Source: Lachnospiraceae bacterium Zagget2
GTDB taxonomy: Bacteria; Bacillota; Clostridia; Lachnospirales; Lachnospiraceae
Assembly (NCBI GenBank): GCA_001941045.1
Contig: MSHD01000030.1
Coordinates: 19,528-83,527 of the forward strand
Length of the DNA: 64,000 nucleotides
Direction: 5' to 3'
Shown here: positions 18,533-28,160 of the stretch, piece after piece
Numbering within the stretch: position 1 is the first letter of the stretch
Layout: every line of letters starts with the position of its first letter
Position numbers and translations under genes: made by a program
The notes under the pieces: model-generated
What the model was told of the DNA's origin: nothing
Database searches by the model: none
The model's input: the letters and a program-made list of their open reading frames with translations, nothing else

Positions 18533-19424
18533 ATGGCAGATATGAATGAAAAATTTTTGAAAGAGATATCTGACCTGTTGGAGAATGCGAGAAAGCAGGC
18601 AAAGACGGCAGTAAATATCTCAATGGTGTACACCTACTTCGAAATCGGTCGAAGATCAAATTGGCGAAACACCGTTTAGCCAATTCAAAAATCTGCCTGC
18701 TGTCAGTACGGGAAGAAAGTTCTATCTGAGCTGGTCGCACTATCTGAAGCTCATGCGCATTTCAAACGTGGATGAGCGGCATTTTTATGAAATCGAGGCA
18801 GCAAAGAATGAATGGAGCCTCGCGGAACTGAATCGCCAGTTTGACAGTGCTCTGTATGAGCGTCTGGCATTGAGCCGCGACAAGGATGAAGTTGCCAGGC
18901 TCGCCACAGAAGGTCAGGTAATTGAGAAACCGTCAGATGCAGTCAAAGATCCTTATGTTCTGGAATTTCTCGGCCTTCCGGAGCTTCCAGAGTATTCTGA
19001 GTCAGAATTGGAAACAAGGATTATCGACCATTTGCAGCAGTTTCTTCTGGAACTGGGAACCGGCTTTGCTTTCATCGGTCGGCAGGTACGATTCACATTC
19101 AATGAGGAGCACTTCCGAGTCGATCTCGTCTTCTTCAACCGGATTTTGCGCTGTTTTGTGCTTTTCGATTTGAAGATTGGTCAGTTGAAGCACCAGGACA
19201 TTGGCCAGATGCAGATGTATGTCAACTATTATGACCGCATGGTAAAACTGCCAGAGGAGAATCCGACCATAGGTATAGTTCTCTGTAAAGACAAAAATAA
19301 TGCCGTTGTGGAGATGACTCTCCCGGAAAATAATAAACAGATTTTTGCAAGTAAATACGAAACCGTACTTCCGAGCAAGGAGGACTTGAAAAAACTGTTG
19401 AATGATCAGCTGGATACCTTTTAA
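18533..19424 (+). pseudogene. DUF1016/YhcG-like PD-(D/E)xK protein with internal deletion/frameshift
   Basis: RBS GGAGGAGG; MADMNEKFLKEIS..YFEIGRR then a frame break to DQIGETPFSQF..LSWSHYLKLMRI; C-terminal KDPYVLEFL, DLVFFNRILRCFVLFDLK, QMQMYVNYY. Confidence 0.82.
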
Positions 19425-19569
19425 TTATCTGCCGGACAAGAACTGCTGCGGAGGAAACTGCAAGAGTGGCTTGATAAAGCTGACGAGAAGTGTTACAGGA
19501 CGAAACACAAGGCAGAACAACAGAAAAACCATTGAAAAAACCAAGGAGAAAACTAAGGAGAAGGGAAGG

Positions 19570-19864
19570 ATTTTCAAGCGACGAAGAGCTCTCCCTGTAT
19601 GATCTCCTTTTCCAGGACAACCTGTCCGCGGCCGAGATCAAGAAGCTCAAAGCGGTGGCTGTCGAACTGCTGGCAAAAATCAAGGAAAAGATCGCCGGGC
19701 TCGATCACTGGACGGACAAGCAGGAAACCAAAGCCGAGGTGGACAACCTGATTCGCGATTTCCTGTGGGAGGAGCTGCCGGAGAGCTATGTTGAAGTCCG
19801 TATTTCCGAATATCGCAGACGGATTTACGAGTATGTATATATACAATACAAGGAAGTGGCGTAA
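19570..19864 (+). pseudogene. hsdR: Type I R-M restriction subunit (HsdR) C-terminal remnant
   Basis: FSSDEELSLYDLL..HWTDKQETKAEVDNLIRDFLWEELPESY..IYEYVY resembles HsdR C-termini; no helicase part or RBS. Confidence 0.65.
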
Positions 19865-19874
19865 AACCATACTT

Positions 19875-20960
19875 TCAGCCCACCAGCGATTCAAACACTG
19901 CCAGAGCCATCACCAGAGCCACCATGATCAGGATATCGTATAATACAATCCCGACCAGCCGAACCGTCCAATGTCTGCTGCGGGTCAGGGGCAGGCGGGC
20001 CTGAACGCCCAGGTAATCCGCCGAGAAAAAGACGATGGCCAGCGCGATCAGCAACACCGTGACACGATTCATGGCCAGCGTGAGCGGCGTCGCGTTCTCC
20101 ACCTCGATGCACAGACTGATCAGAATGATAAAGATATAGCCAAAAAATGCGAGAAACATATGCGCAACAGAGCCGCTGCGGAACCCGGGCGGCAGATAAT
20201 ACCGCCATGTCCGCGTATGACGGTTCGCAGTCCCGGTGGTTCCAATCCTGATGCGTTCCAGCGCCTGTATCAGCTCATCTATACTGGCATAACGGTTTGC
20301 CGGGTCGAGCTCGGTGCACTTTCGGATAATGGGCGAGAGCCGACCCACCGCTGCCTTCCCGGTGGGCAGCTTTCCGGTCAGCAGCACATTCAGCAGCACG
20401 CCGATGGCGTAAAGGTCACTCTGGACGCCGGAGGGAGCGAAGCCGTACTGCTCCGGCGCGGCGAAGCCCGCCGTCCCCAGCAGCATAGTGTCCCGGGACT
20501 GCTCCGGCTTCTCATATTTCGCGGCATTGAGATCCAGCAGCTTGACTATGCCGTCCGGTGAAATGATGACATTGGACGGCTTGATATCGCGATGGATGAT
20601 AACCGGATCCCGATGATGCAGACCTGCGACGATTCGGCAGAGCTGAAGTACGTATTCGAGAGCGCGCTCCTCCTGCAGAGAGCCGTCCCGCTCGATCAAC
20701 TCCTGCAGCGTGTCTCCCTGCATGTACTCTTCGATGATTGTCAGGCCGTCTTCCTCTTCCACGAGGAGTTCGATACGCGGAATTCCGGGAATCGGCTTCG
20801 CCTGCAGCGACCGGTAAACATCCAGATGATAGACGCGAAGCTGCTTTCGGACATAGAATTTCTTCGTCTGCGTATGCTGAACCAGCCAGACGGAATGACC
20901 GGCGGCGATCTCCGCCACCGTTTTATAGTAGGACAGCGCCAGCTCGTCCGAAAGATTCAC
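19875..20960 (-). CDS. Hanks-type Ser/Thr protein kinase with C-terminal TM helices
   Basis: IIHRDIKPSN, KLLDLNAA, GTAGFAAPEQYG, SDLYAIG; hydrophobic C-terminus; GTG start with RBS. Confidence 0.9.
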   Translation of the reverse strand: MNLSDELALSYYKTVAEIAAGHSVWLVQHTQTKKFYVRKQLRVYHLDVYRSLQAKPIPGIPRIELLVEEEDGLTIIEEYMQGDTLQELIERDGSLQEERALEYVLQLCRIVAGLHHRDPVIIHRDIKPSNVIISPDGIVKLLDLNAAKYEKPEQSRDTMLLGTAGFAAPEQYGFAPSGVQSDLYAIGVLLNVLLTGKLPTGKAAVGRLSPIIRKCTELDPANRYASIDELIQALERIRIGTTGTANRHTRTWRYYLPPGFRSGSVAHMFLAFFGYIFIILISLCIEVENATPLTLAMNRVTVLLIALAIVFFSADYLGVQARLPLTRSRHWTVRLVGIVLYDILIMVALVMALAVFESLVG

Positions 20961-21037
20961 GCAAACACCCCCTCATCGTTGTATCGGAAACAGACTTATT
21001 ATAGCACTCTGGTAAGAAAGAAAAAAGAGGAAAGCCA

Positions 21038-21499
21038 ATGAAACAAAAAACTACCGACGCCCTGGATCACGTACTGGAACATCTGGGGCCGGAAGAAATC
21101 GATCAGTATTTTGAGACTTACGCGGACGACCTGTTTGCAGAAGACCATGCTTTTTCTGTCTATATGCGCGCGCTCATCCGGCAGAAAAACCTGACCCAGC
21201 GGGAGGTTTTTGAGCGGGCCGAACTCTCCGACCGCTACGGCTACCGCCTTCTGACACAGGAAAAAAACACAAAACAGAGGGATTACATTCTCCGGCTCTG
21301 CTTTGCGGCCAGACTTAGCCTGAAGGAGACGCAGCGGGCGCTGAAGCTCTACGGGATGTCAGAATTATACGCAAAGATTCCCCGGGACGCCGTCCTGATG
21401 ATCGCGCTGAACCGGGAAATCTACGAGATCGACAAGGTGAACGAACTGCTGCTCTCCCACGAGCTGCCCCCGCTGCGGAGCACCGCCTGTCTCGAATGA
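21038..21499 (+). CDS. XRE-like HTH protein divergent from kinase
   Basis: LTQREVFERAELSDRYGYRLL..RDYILRLCFAARLSLKETQRALKLYG. Confidence 0.7.
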   Translation: MKQKTTDALDHVLEHLGPEEIDQYFETYADDLFAEDHAFSVYMRALIRQKNLTQREVFERAELSDRYGYRLLTQEKNTKQRDYILRLCFAARLSLKETQRALKLYGMSELYAKIPRDAVLMIALNREIYEIDKVNELLLSHELPPLRSTACLE

Positions 21500-21596
21500 G
21501 CCATTTTTCCACCGTTTTGGGGGATTGTCTTTCCGGATACCGGATGCTCCACTTTTCTCGAATATCAGCCCGGCAGGGCCAGGGGAGGAAAAGATT

Positions 21597-22709
21597 GTGG
21601 CAAAAGAGAAACCGGAAACCAAACAGTGCAAACATTGTAAAACAGAGATTCCCTACGACGCAAAAGTGTGTCCGAATTGCAGGAAGCGCGTCAAAGGCGG
21701 CCCGCTGAAATGGATCGTGATCGTGGTCGTCGTCCTGCTTCTTCTGGCAATCATAGGCTCATCCGACGGCGGGGACAAGGACTCTGCTGAAAAGGTGGGA
21801 ACGGTCGCCGATACTGCTTCCGATGCCACTGCTGAGACAGGTGCGACAGAGGAAAGCAGCAAAACAAACAGTGCGGAAGCGGAGGCTGCAGAAGCAGATG
21901 TACAGACCGAGTACCATGTGGGAGACATCCTGATGGACGGCGATATGAAGATTGTCTACATGTCCAGCGGTGTGTACCAGGAGGAAAATGATTTTTTGCA
22001 GCCGGACGAGGGATATCAGTATATCTATCTCCAGTTTGCCTTTGAAAATCAGTCCGAAACAACGGACGATTCTATCAGTTTTTACAACTTTGAAGGCTAT
22101 GCCGACGGCTACAGCGTCGATATGTATTATGGTGCTGACGACAGCCTGTCCGCGACGCTCTCTGCGGGACGCTCCGTCTCCGGCTATATCTATTTCACCG
22201 TGCCGGAAGACGCGCAGGTCATTGAGGTGGAATATACGACCAACTACTTCACCGCGGACAAGATCACCTTCCTGTACGAGGGTGAGCAGGATTCCGGCTA
22301 TGTGCTCGAGGGAAGCGCAGCGGCATCGGAGGACGCCTTCTCCGTCGGGGATGTCATCGAAGCTGGCAGCCTTACTATCAGCTATCTCTCCTGTGAGACC
22401 GATACCAGCTACAGCGATTTTTATCAGCCGCAAAGCGGATATCATTATATCACCTGCAGTTTTGAGTTTGAAAACACTGGAGACAGCGACGAATATGTCA
22501 GCATCTATGAGTTTGACTGCTATGCCGACGGGCTGAACTGCGAGCAGAGCTATTTCCGCGACGACAGCCTGAGTGCAACGATTTCCTCCGGGCACAAGGC
22601 GCAGGGGACTGTCACCTTCGAGGTGCCGGACGATGCCGCGGTCGTCGAGGTTGAGTACCTGACGAATTCCTGGACGTCGAACCGGATCGTGTTCCGCTGC
22701 GGAGAATAA
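21597..22709 (+). CDS. Zinc-ribbon/TM protein with two DUF4352/DUF5067-like domains
   Basis: GTG after GGGGAGG; CKHC..CPNC, one TM, acidic linker, two ~120-aa repeats (FxFEN..YADG..DDSLSAT.S.G..G...F.VP.DA.V.EVEY). Confidence 0.75.
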   Translation: MAKEKPETKQCKHCKTEIPYDAKVCPNCRKRVKGGPLKWIVIVVVVLLLLAIIGSSDGGDKDSAEKVGTVADTASDATAETGATEESSKTNSAEAEAAEADVQTEYHVGDILMDGDMKIVYMSSGVYQEENDFLQPDEGYQYIYLQFAFENQSETTDDSISFYNFEGYADGYSVDMYYGADDSLSATLSAGRSVSGYIYFTVPEDAQVIEVEYTTNYFTADKITFLYEGEQDSGYVLEGSAAASEDAFSVGDVIEAGSLTISYLSCETDTSYSDFYQPQSGYHYITCSFEFENTGDSDEYVSIYEFDCYADGLNCEQSYFRDDSLSATISSGHKAQGTVTFEVPDDAAVVEVEYLTNSWTSNRIVFRCGE

Positions 22710-22728
22710 ATCTGTATATGACAACACC

Positions 22729-22767
22729 AACGGCAGCCGCAGGGATTTAACTTGCACGGCTGCCGTT
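22729..22767. terminator. Bidirectional terminator between convergent genes
   Basis: AACGGCAGCCG...CGGCTGCCGTT 11-bp arms, followed by TCTTATTT. Confidence 0.75.
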
Positions 22768-22782
22768 TCTTATTTCATCCTG

Positions 22783-23436
22783 CTATGGGACATGAGCTGT
22801 CCTTTCGAGCAAATCCTCCATTTCACAGCACAGTGCCTTTGCAAGCATGGCCAGGTACTCCGCCTGCGCCTTGTTGATGTTTTTCTGCCGCTGTTCGTAC
22901 TGCTGGATCGTGCGCAGCGGAACGCCGGACAACTCAGCCAGCTCGCGCTGGCTTAAGTCTGCGGATTGACGGAGGCGCTTCAGATTTGTCTCCGGGTTTG
23001 CCTTTCCGTACAGCTCATTCATCTTATCACAGAACTGCCGGATATCCATTTCATGGTAGGGAGAGTACAGACTCAATATCTCCTGGATAGGAACTGCGCA
23101 GACAATCCTGGCAAAACTGAGCGCCGTCTCCCACTGATAGTAAGCCAGCGCCCAGCCCGTCCAATACTCCGCGCTACGGTCCAGGGTATAATCAGGCTTG
23201 ATTCGCTCATAAGGCACTTTGGCGCAGTCCAGTACTTCGTAAGCCAGCTCCACGCCGGACATGCCGACGAGCAAATGAAAATCTCCATTTTCAAACCGCC
23301 TGGAAACGCCCGACTCGATAAACAGTTCAAAAAATGAAGAGAGCTCATAGTGCAAATCATATACCGCGAAATCCAGCATTCGTCCCAGAGCAATGCGGGC
23401 CTTGTCCAGATAAACCTTATCGTAGGCGCAGATCAT
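22783..23436 (-). CDS. Putative antitoxin/regulator with C-terminal XRE HTH
   Basis: C-terminal NLKRLRQSADLSQRELAELSGVPLRTIQQYEQ; overlaps DUF3990 gene by 20 nt. Confidence 0.78.
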   Translation of the reverse strand: MICAYDKVYLDKARIALGRMLDFAVYDLHYELSSFFELFIESGVSRRFENGDFHLLVGMSGVELAYEVLDCAKVPYERIKPDYTLDRSAEYWTGWALAYYQWETALSFARIVCAVPIQEILSLYSPYHEMDIRQFCDKMNELYGKANPETNLKRLRQSADLSQRELAELSGVPLRTIQQYEQRQKNINKAQAEYLAMLAKALCCEMEDLLERTAHVP

Positions 23437-24094
23437 CCGCTCTCATCTCCTCGTCCATGATTTGGGTGATATACAGATCACCTCGCTGCCGTCGTCCGCG
23501 TTCAACACTGAAATATTCCCTGCGCGCTGTTTTGTCCCGCAGCGTCTTCTTTGCATACCACTCGGAACTGTCTGCCACTTCACTGCAAAGAAACTGAATG
23601 CGTTCAAAAGCCTGACGGCTTTTCAGTACAAACTGCTGTCCTAATTTCCCCAGATGCATGGCATTATTCAACTGCCGGTAAGAAATCGTACCGTTGATAA
23701 AGTCCTGCGCGAAGGAAAAATAACTGTCGTCCGCCCGGTAGCCAATGATCGCATCATAGCTCTCATATGCTATAGAAAATTTTTCCAGAATATACTCTCT
23801 GGCTTCCAGAGCCAGACCGGATGGCACATCAAATTCCCGGTTTTCCAGCAGTACCGCCAGCCAGTGGAGAATACAGTATTCCTCAGCGTTCAGATCCAGG
23901 ATACGCAGCCCATCACAGTCTAACTCGTAGCAGTTGGCGTAACCATTTCTGTCTTTTCCTACGCCCCACTCCTTCGCCATTTCAAGGCTGTCCGTACAGT
24001 AAAAACCCAGTCCATAGTCATTATAGACTTTTCCGTACCCAAACTGCGGCTGCCGGATGATATGGGAGGAACCATGGTAAAGTGTTTTTGTCAT
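23417..24094 (-). CDS. DUF3990-family protein (possible ADP-ribosyltransferase fold)
   Basis: TLYHGS, YNDYGLGFYCT, YDAIIGYRADD, LGQQFVLKS; RBS GAGGAGG. Confidence 0.8.
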   Translation of the reverse strand: MTKTLYHGSSHIIRQPQFGYGKVYNDYGLGFYCTDSLEMAKEWGVGKDRNGYANCYELDCDGLRILDLNAEEYCILHWLAVLLENREFDVPSGLALEAREYILEKFSIAYESYDAIIGYRADDSYFSFAQDFINGTISYRQLNNAMHLGKLGQQFVLKSRQAFERIQFLCSEVADSSEWYAKKTLRDKTARREYFSVERGRRQRGDLYITQIMDEEMRADDLRLR

Positions 24095-24117
24095 GTAACG
24101 TTACCTCCTCTTTTGCG

Positions 24118-24148
24118 GTTATTATACTCCCAAAGGAGTACAATAACA
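24118..24148. promoter_or_regulatory. Palindrome over the -10 of the DUF3990-HTH operon
   Basis: GTTATTATACTCC-CAAAA-GGAGTACAATAAC (13-bp arms, 1 mismatch) contains minus-strand TATAAT. Confidence 0.65.
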
Positions 24149-24229
24149 AGAGGCAATTTTTTTGTCCGGGATCAAAAAGAGTCTATACCCTGCTTCGACA
24201 ATGTCTTGCAGATGTCGCATGGTAGCGTC

Positions 24230-26371
24230 TCACAGCTTCATCGTCAGCCCGATGCGTTTCTTCGCCGCGTCCACGTTCAGCACCTTCACCTCCACCACGT
24301 CGCCGACCTTCACGACTTCGAGCGGGTGTTTGATATAGCGGTCGGACATCTGGGAGATGTGCACGAGGCCGTCCTGATGGACGCCGATGTCCACGAACGC
24401 GCCGAAATCAATGATATTGCGCACGGTGCCTTTGAGCGTCATGCCAGGTTTCAGATCCTCGATGCCGAGCACGTCGCTGCGCAGCACCGGACGCGGCATC
24501 TCGTCGCGCGGGTCGCGGGCGGGCTTTTCGAGCTCCTGCAGGATGTCCTGCAAGGTCAGCTCGCCGATTTCCAGCTCCTGCGCTGTTTTCTCCGGCTGCG
24601 TGACCTTAGCGGAGATTCCGCGCAGGCCGCCCTTCGCGATGTCATCGGGAGAATAGCCGAGACTTTTCAGAAGCTTCGTCGCCGCCGCATAGCTCTCCGG
24701 GTGAACGCTCGTGGAGTCGAGCGGATTCTTCCCGCCTGTGATGCGCAGGAAACCGGCGCACTGCTCGTAGGCCTTCGGTCCGAGCTTCAGCACCTTGAGG
24801 AGCTGCCTGCGATCCGCAAAGCGGCCGTTCTCCTCCCGGTAGGCCACGATATTTTTCGCCAGCGTCTTCGTGACGCCGGAGACATACTCGAGCAGCGGCG
24901 TGGAGGCCGTATTGAGATCCACGCCGACCCGGTTCACCACATCCTCGACGACACTGCCGAGCGCCTCGCCGAGCCGCTTCTGGTTCATGTCGTGCTGGTA
25001 CTGGCCGACGCCGATGGACTTCGGGTCAATTTTCACCATCTCCGCGAGCGGGTCCTGCAACCGTCTGGCGATCGAGGCCGCGCTGCGCTGCCCGACGTCC
25101 AGGTCCGGGAATTCCTCCGAGGCCAGCTTGCTCGCGGAATAGATGGACGCGCCGGATTCGCTGACGATCACGTACTGTACTTTCTGCGGAATCTCCTTAA
25201 ACAATTCCACCAGTATCTGCTCCGACTCGCGCGAGGCCGTACCGTTGCCGAGCGAAACGAGCGTAATATTGTATTTCTCGATCAACTTTTTCACCGTGGC
25301 CTTCGTCTCCCGCACCTGATGCTTCGGCGCGGTCGGATAGACGACGAGCGCGTCGAGCACCTTTCCGGTCGGGTCCACGACCGCCAGCTTGCAGCCGTTG
25401 CGATAGCCCGGATCCCAGCCGAGCACCGTCTGCCCCGCGATCGGCGGCTGCATGAGCAGCTGCTCAAGATTCTTTCCGAATACCTTGATCGCACCCTCCT
25501 CGGCCTGTTCGGTCAGGAGGTTCCGGATCTCGCGCTCGATGGCGGGCGCGATGAGGCGCGCGTAGCTGTCTGCGATGCAGTCCCGAAGCGCCGGCGACGT
25601 CCGCGGATTGTCCCGCGTGATCACCTTCTTTTCCAGATAGCGCAGAATCTTTTCCGTCGGCGCCTCGATCTTCACCGTCAGCACCTTTTCCTTCTCCCCG
25701 CGATTGATCGCGAGCGTCCGGTTCCCCGCCATTTTACTTAAGGGCTGCGTAAAATGATAATAAGTCTCATAAACCGACTCCTGCGTCTCATCCTTCGCCT
25801 CGGAGCTGATCGAACCCTCCCGCAGCGTCAACTCGCGGATATACGTCCGATAATCCGCCTCGTCGGAAATCGTCTCCGCGATGATATCCCGCGCCCCGGC
25901 AAGTGCCTCCTCCACGCTGCCGACGCCCTTCTCCTCCGAAAGATACGCAAGCGCTTCCTCCTCGAGCGGCCGCTTTGTCATCTGCAGCAGGATGAGATTC
26001 GCGAGACCCTCCAGCCCCTTCTCCTTCGCCATCGTCGCGCGCGTCCGGCGCTTCGGACGATAGGGGCGATAAAGATCATCGACCGCGACCTGCGTCTGTG
26101 CGGCCTCGATCTGCGTGCGCAGCTCGTCGGTCAGCTTGCCCTGCTCCTCGATACTCGCGAGCACCTGCGCCTTCTTCTCCTCCAGATTGCGAAGGTAGGC
26201 CAGCCGCTCGTCGAGCTGCCGCAGCTGCTCATCATTCAGCGCGCCAGTCGCCTCTTTGCGGTAACGCGAGATGAAGGGAATCGTGTTTCCCTCATCGATC
26301 AGCTTCACGGCGACCTCGACCTGCCATTTCTTCACCGCCAGCTCTTCTGTCAGTCTCTTAATAATGTCCAT
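24230..26371 (-). CDS. tex: Tex family RNA-binding transcriptional accessory protein
   Basis: LIDEGNTIPFISRYRKEATG, GWDPGYRNGCK, IDPKSIGVGQYQHD, C-terminal S1 (DFGAFVDIGVHQDGLVHIS). Confidence 0.95.
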   Translation of the reverse strand: MDIIKRLTEELAVKKWQVEVAVKLIDEGNTIPFISRYRKEATGALNDEQLRQLDERLAYLRNLEEKKAQVLASIEEQGKLTDELRTQIEAAQTQVAVDDLYRPYRPKRRTRATMAKEKGLEGLANLILLQMTKRPLEEEALAYLSEEKGVGSVEEALAGARDIIAETISDEADYRTYIRELTLREGSISSEAKDETQESVYETYYHFTQPLSKMAGNRTLAINRGEKEKVLTVKIEAPTEKILRYLEKKVITRDNPRTSPALRDCIADSYARLIAPAIEREIRNLLTEQAEEGAIKVFGKNLEQLLMQPPIAGQTVLGWDPGYRNGCKLAVVDPTGKVLDALVVYPTAPKHQVRETKATVKKLIEKYNITLVSLGNGTASRESEQILVELFKEIPQKVQYVIVSESGASIYSASKLASEEFPDLDVGQRSAASIARRLQDPLAEMVKIDPKSIGVGQYQHDMNQKRLGEALGSVVEDVVNRVGVDLNTASTPLLEYVSGVTKTLAKNIVAYREENGRFADRRQLLKVLKLGPKAYEQCAGFLRITGGKNPLDSTSVHPESYAAATKLLKSLGYSPDDIAKGGLRGISAKVTQPEKTAQELEIGELTLQDILQELEKPARDPRDEMPRPVLRSDVLGIEDLKPGMTLKGTVRNIIDFGAFVDIGVHQDGLVHISQMSDRYIKHPLEVVKVGDVVEVKVLNVDAAKKRIGLTMKL

Positions 26372-26391
26372 GGATTTCCTCTCTATTTCCT

Positions 26392-27666
26392 TCAGTTTCT
26401 CAGACAGCCGATCGGCACCACCAGAACTCCATCCGGGCGACGATAGGCATAGTCCCCCGTTCCCGTCAGAACCATAAGGAAAGAAGGGGCCTTCATTTTA
26501 TCTGTGTCGATTTTTGACTGCAGAACCTTCAGATTCCCTGCGCCCTCCTCGATCAGCCGATCCCCGCCAAGCTTGACCTCTATCAGGCCATAGCTGCCAT
26601 TCCTCAGATGGATCACGGCGTCGCACTCCAGACCCTCTTTGTCACGGTAATGATACACCATGCCATTCAGGGCATTCGCAAACACGCGCAAATCCCTGAC
26701 ACACAGCGTCTCAAACAGAAAACCAAAGGTTTTAAGATCCGCGAGCAGATCATCCGGGCCAATTCCCAGTGCGGCAACCGCAATAGACGGATCAATGTAA
26801 TACCTTGTATCCGAAGAACGAATCGCTGTCCTGGAGCGCAGGTTCGGATTCCAGGCAGGCATGTCCTCCACAACAAAGATCTTTCTGAGCGCATTCAGAT
26901 AAGACGCGACCGTCTCCTGTGCCAGCGAGGCCTCACCATTCACGGCAACATCCTGTGCAATCACCGTGTTAGGCACCTGACTGCCCTGATTGCGGGCGTA
27001 AGAACGCATCAGCCGCTTCACCCGTTCCGGATTCTTGCGGACGTCATCCACCCGATTGATATCTGAGTGAACTACCGCATCATAATAATCCATCGCCTGA
27101 TCCAGTGCGATTTCATCCCGCATTCCGATCGCCTGTGGCCAGCCGCCCCTGCAGACAAGAAAAGCCAGACGATCAATTGTGACATGCGATTCTCCGTCGA
27201 CTTCCTGTTTCCCTTCAAAAAGGGCTCTCAAACTGACCTCACCCGTGGAATCGCCCGACTCAAAAAGACTCATCGGGCGCATGGTAAGCCATGTAAACCG
27301 CCCCGTGCCCGAATGCGTAATCTGGGTCGTATCCGGCGGCACCGCAGGACCGGTAAGAATAAACTGCCCGACTTCGCCGCGATGATCGACCTCAAAGCGG
27401 ATGGCGTCCCACAGCTTCGGCGCAAGCTGCCATTCATCAATCAGACGCGGAACCTCTCCTTTCAGCAGACGACCGGGGCTTAGTTCCGACATCGTCACAT
27501 TCTGCGCTTTCTTTTCCGGATCGTCCATATAAAGGATGCTTTCCGCAATTTGCTCCGCCGTGGTGGTTTTCCCACACCATTTCGGACCTTCTATCAGAAC
27601 CGCGCCCTTTCCTTCCAGCTTTCGCTTCAAAATGTCGTCTGCGATTCGTTTTCTATACTGCTTCAA
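26392..27666 (-). CDS. AAA_14/DUF4143 ATP-binding protein
   Basis: Walker A GPKWCGKTT, Walker B LIDEWQ, GGWP, C-terminal ECDAVI..LIEVKLG; TTG start after GGGAGG. Confidence 0.88.
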   Translation of the reverse strand: MKQYRKRIADDILKRKLEGKGAVLIEGPKWCGKTTTAEQIAESILYMDDPEKKAQNVTMSELSPGRLLKGEVPRLIDEWQLAPKLWDAIRFEVDHRGEVGQFILTGPAVPPDTTQITHSGTGRFTWLTMRPMSLFESGDSTGEVSLRALFEGKQEVDGESHVTIDRLAFLVCRGGWPQAIGMRDEIALDQAMDYYDAVVHSDINRVDDVRKNPERVKRLMRSYARNQGSQVPNTVIAQDVAVNGEASLAQETVASYLNALRKIFVVEDMPAWNPNLRSRTAIRSSDTRYYIDPSIAVAALGIGPDDLLADLKTFGFLFETLCVRDLRVFANALNGMVYHYRDKEGLECDAVIHLRNGSYGLIEVKLGGDRLIEEGAGNLKVLQSKIDTDKMKAPSFLMVLTGTGDYAYRRPDGVLVVPIGCLRN

Positions 27667-27738
27667 AGGCGGCCTCCCTCCCTTTTGCATTCTTATATTC
27701 CTTATTATAGCCATCTGGAAACAGAAATACAACAGAAA

Positions 27739-27805
27739 CCGGACAATTGGCGAAATATTTTTCCGATGATTGGCGGAATTTTAATCCGACGATTGGCGAA
27801 TTTTC
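27739..27805. repeat. Three imperfect ~23-bp direct repeats upstream of DUF4143 ATPase
   Basis: CCGGACAATTGGCGAAAT (27739), CCGATGATTGGCGGAATTTT (27763), CCGACGATTGGCGAATTTT (27786). Confidence 0.7.
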
Positions 27806-27889
27806 AGGCTGCACCCGGATATTATATAAGAAAAAGGGAGTCCGCTCAATTATCCCTAATACTGTGGAATACTTGAGATATCAATGTTC

Positions 27890-28160
27890 TTATTGTTCTC
27901 AAGCGTCAAATAAGGACAACGGGCAACAACTTTTAAAAACGCTGCAGGCTTATTGTATATGCGGCGGAAATATAAGCGCTGCCGCCAAAATGCTTTTTAT
28001 TCATCGTCATACAATGCTTTATCGCATGGAATGTATTTCTAAAATTGCTCATATTGATTTCGATTCTTTAAAGCCAGCTGATTATATTCAGATAAATATC
28101 TCATGTCTGCTCTTATTACATCTACAAATTCCCGTCTCTGCTATTCAATGCCCTGAGTGA
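27890..28160 (+). pseudogene. PucR/CdaR-type C-terminal HTH remnant
   Basis: LLKTLQAYCICGGNISAAAKMLFIHRHTMLYRM matches PucR HTH_30; AT-rich, no N-terminal domains or RBS. Confidence 0.65.

Noticed and set aside
18531-18740. 69-aa minus-strand ORF
   Set aside because: Antisense to the DUF1016 5' fragment; no RBS.
19500-19570. Purine-rich A-tract stretch as a simple repeat or ORF start
   Set aside because: No fixed period; probably a deletion-junction filler between R-M remnants.
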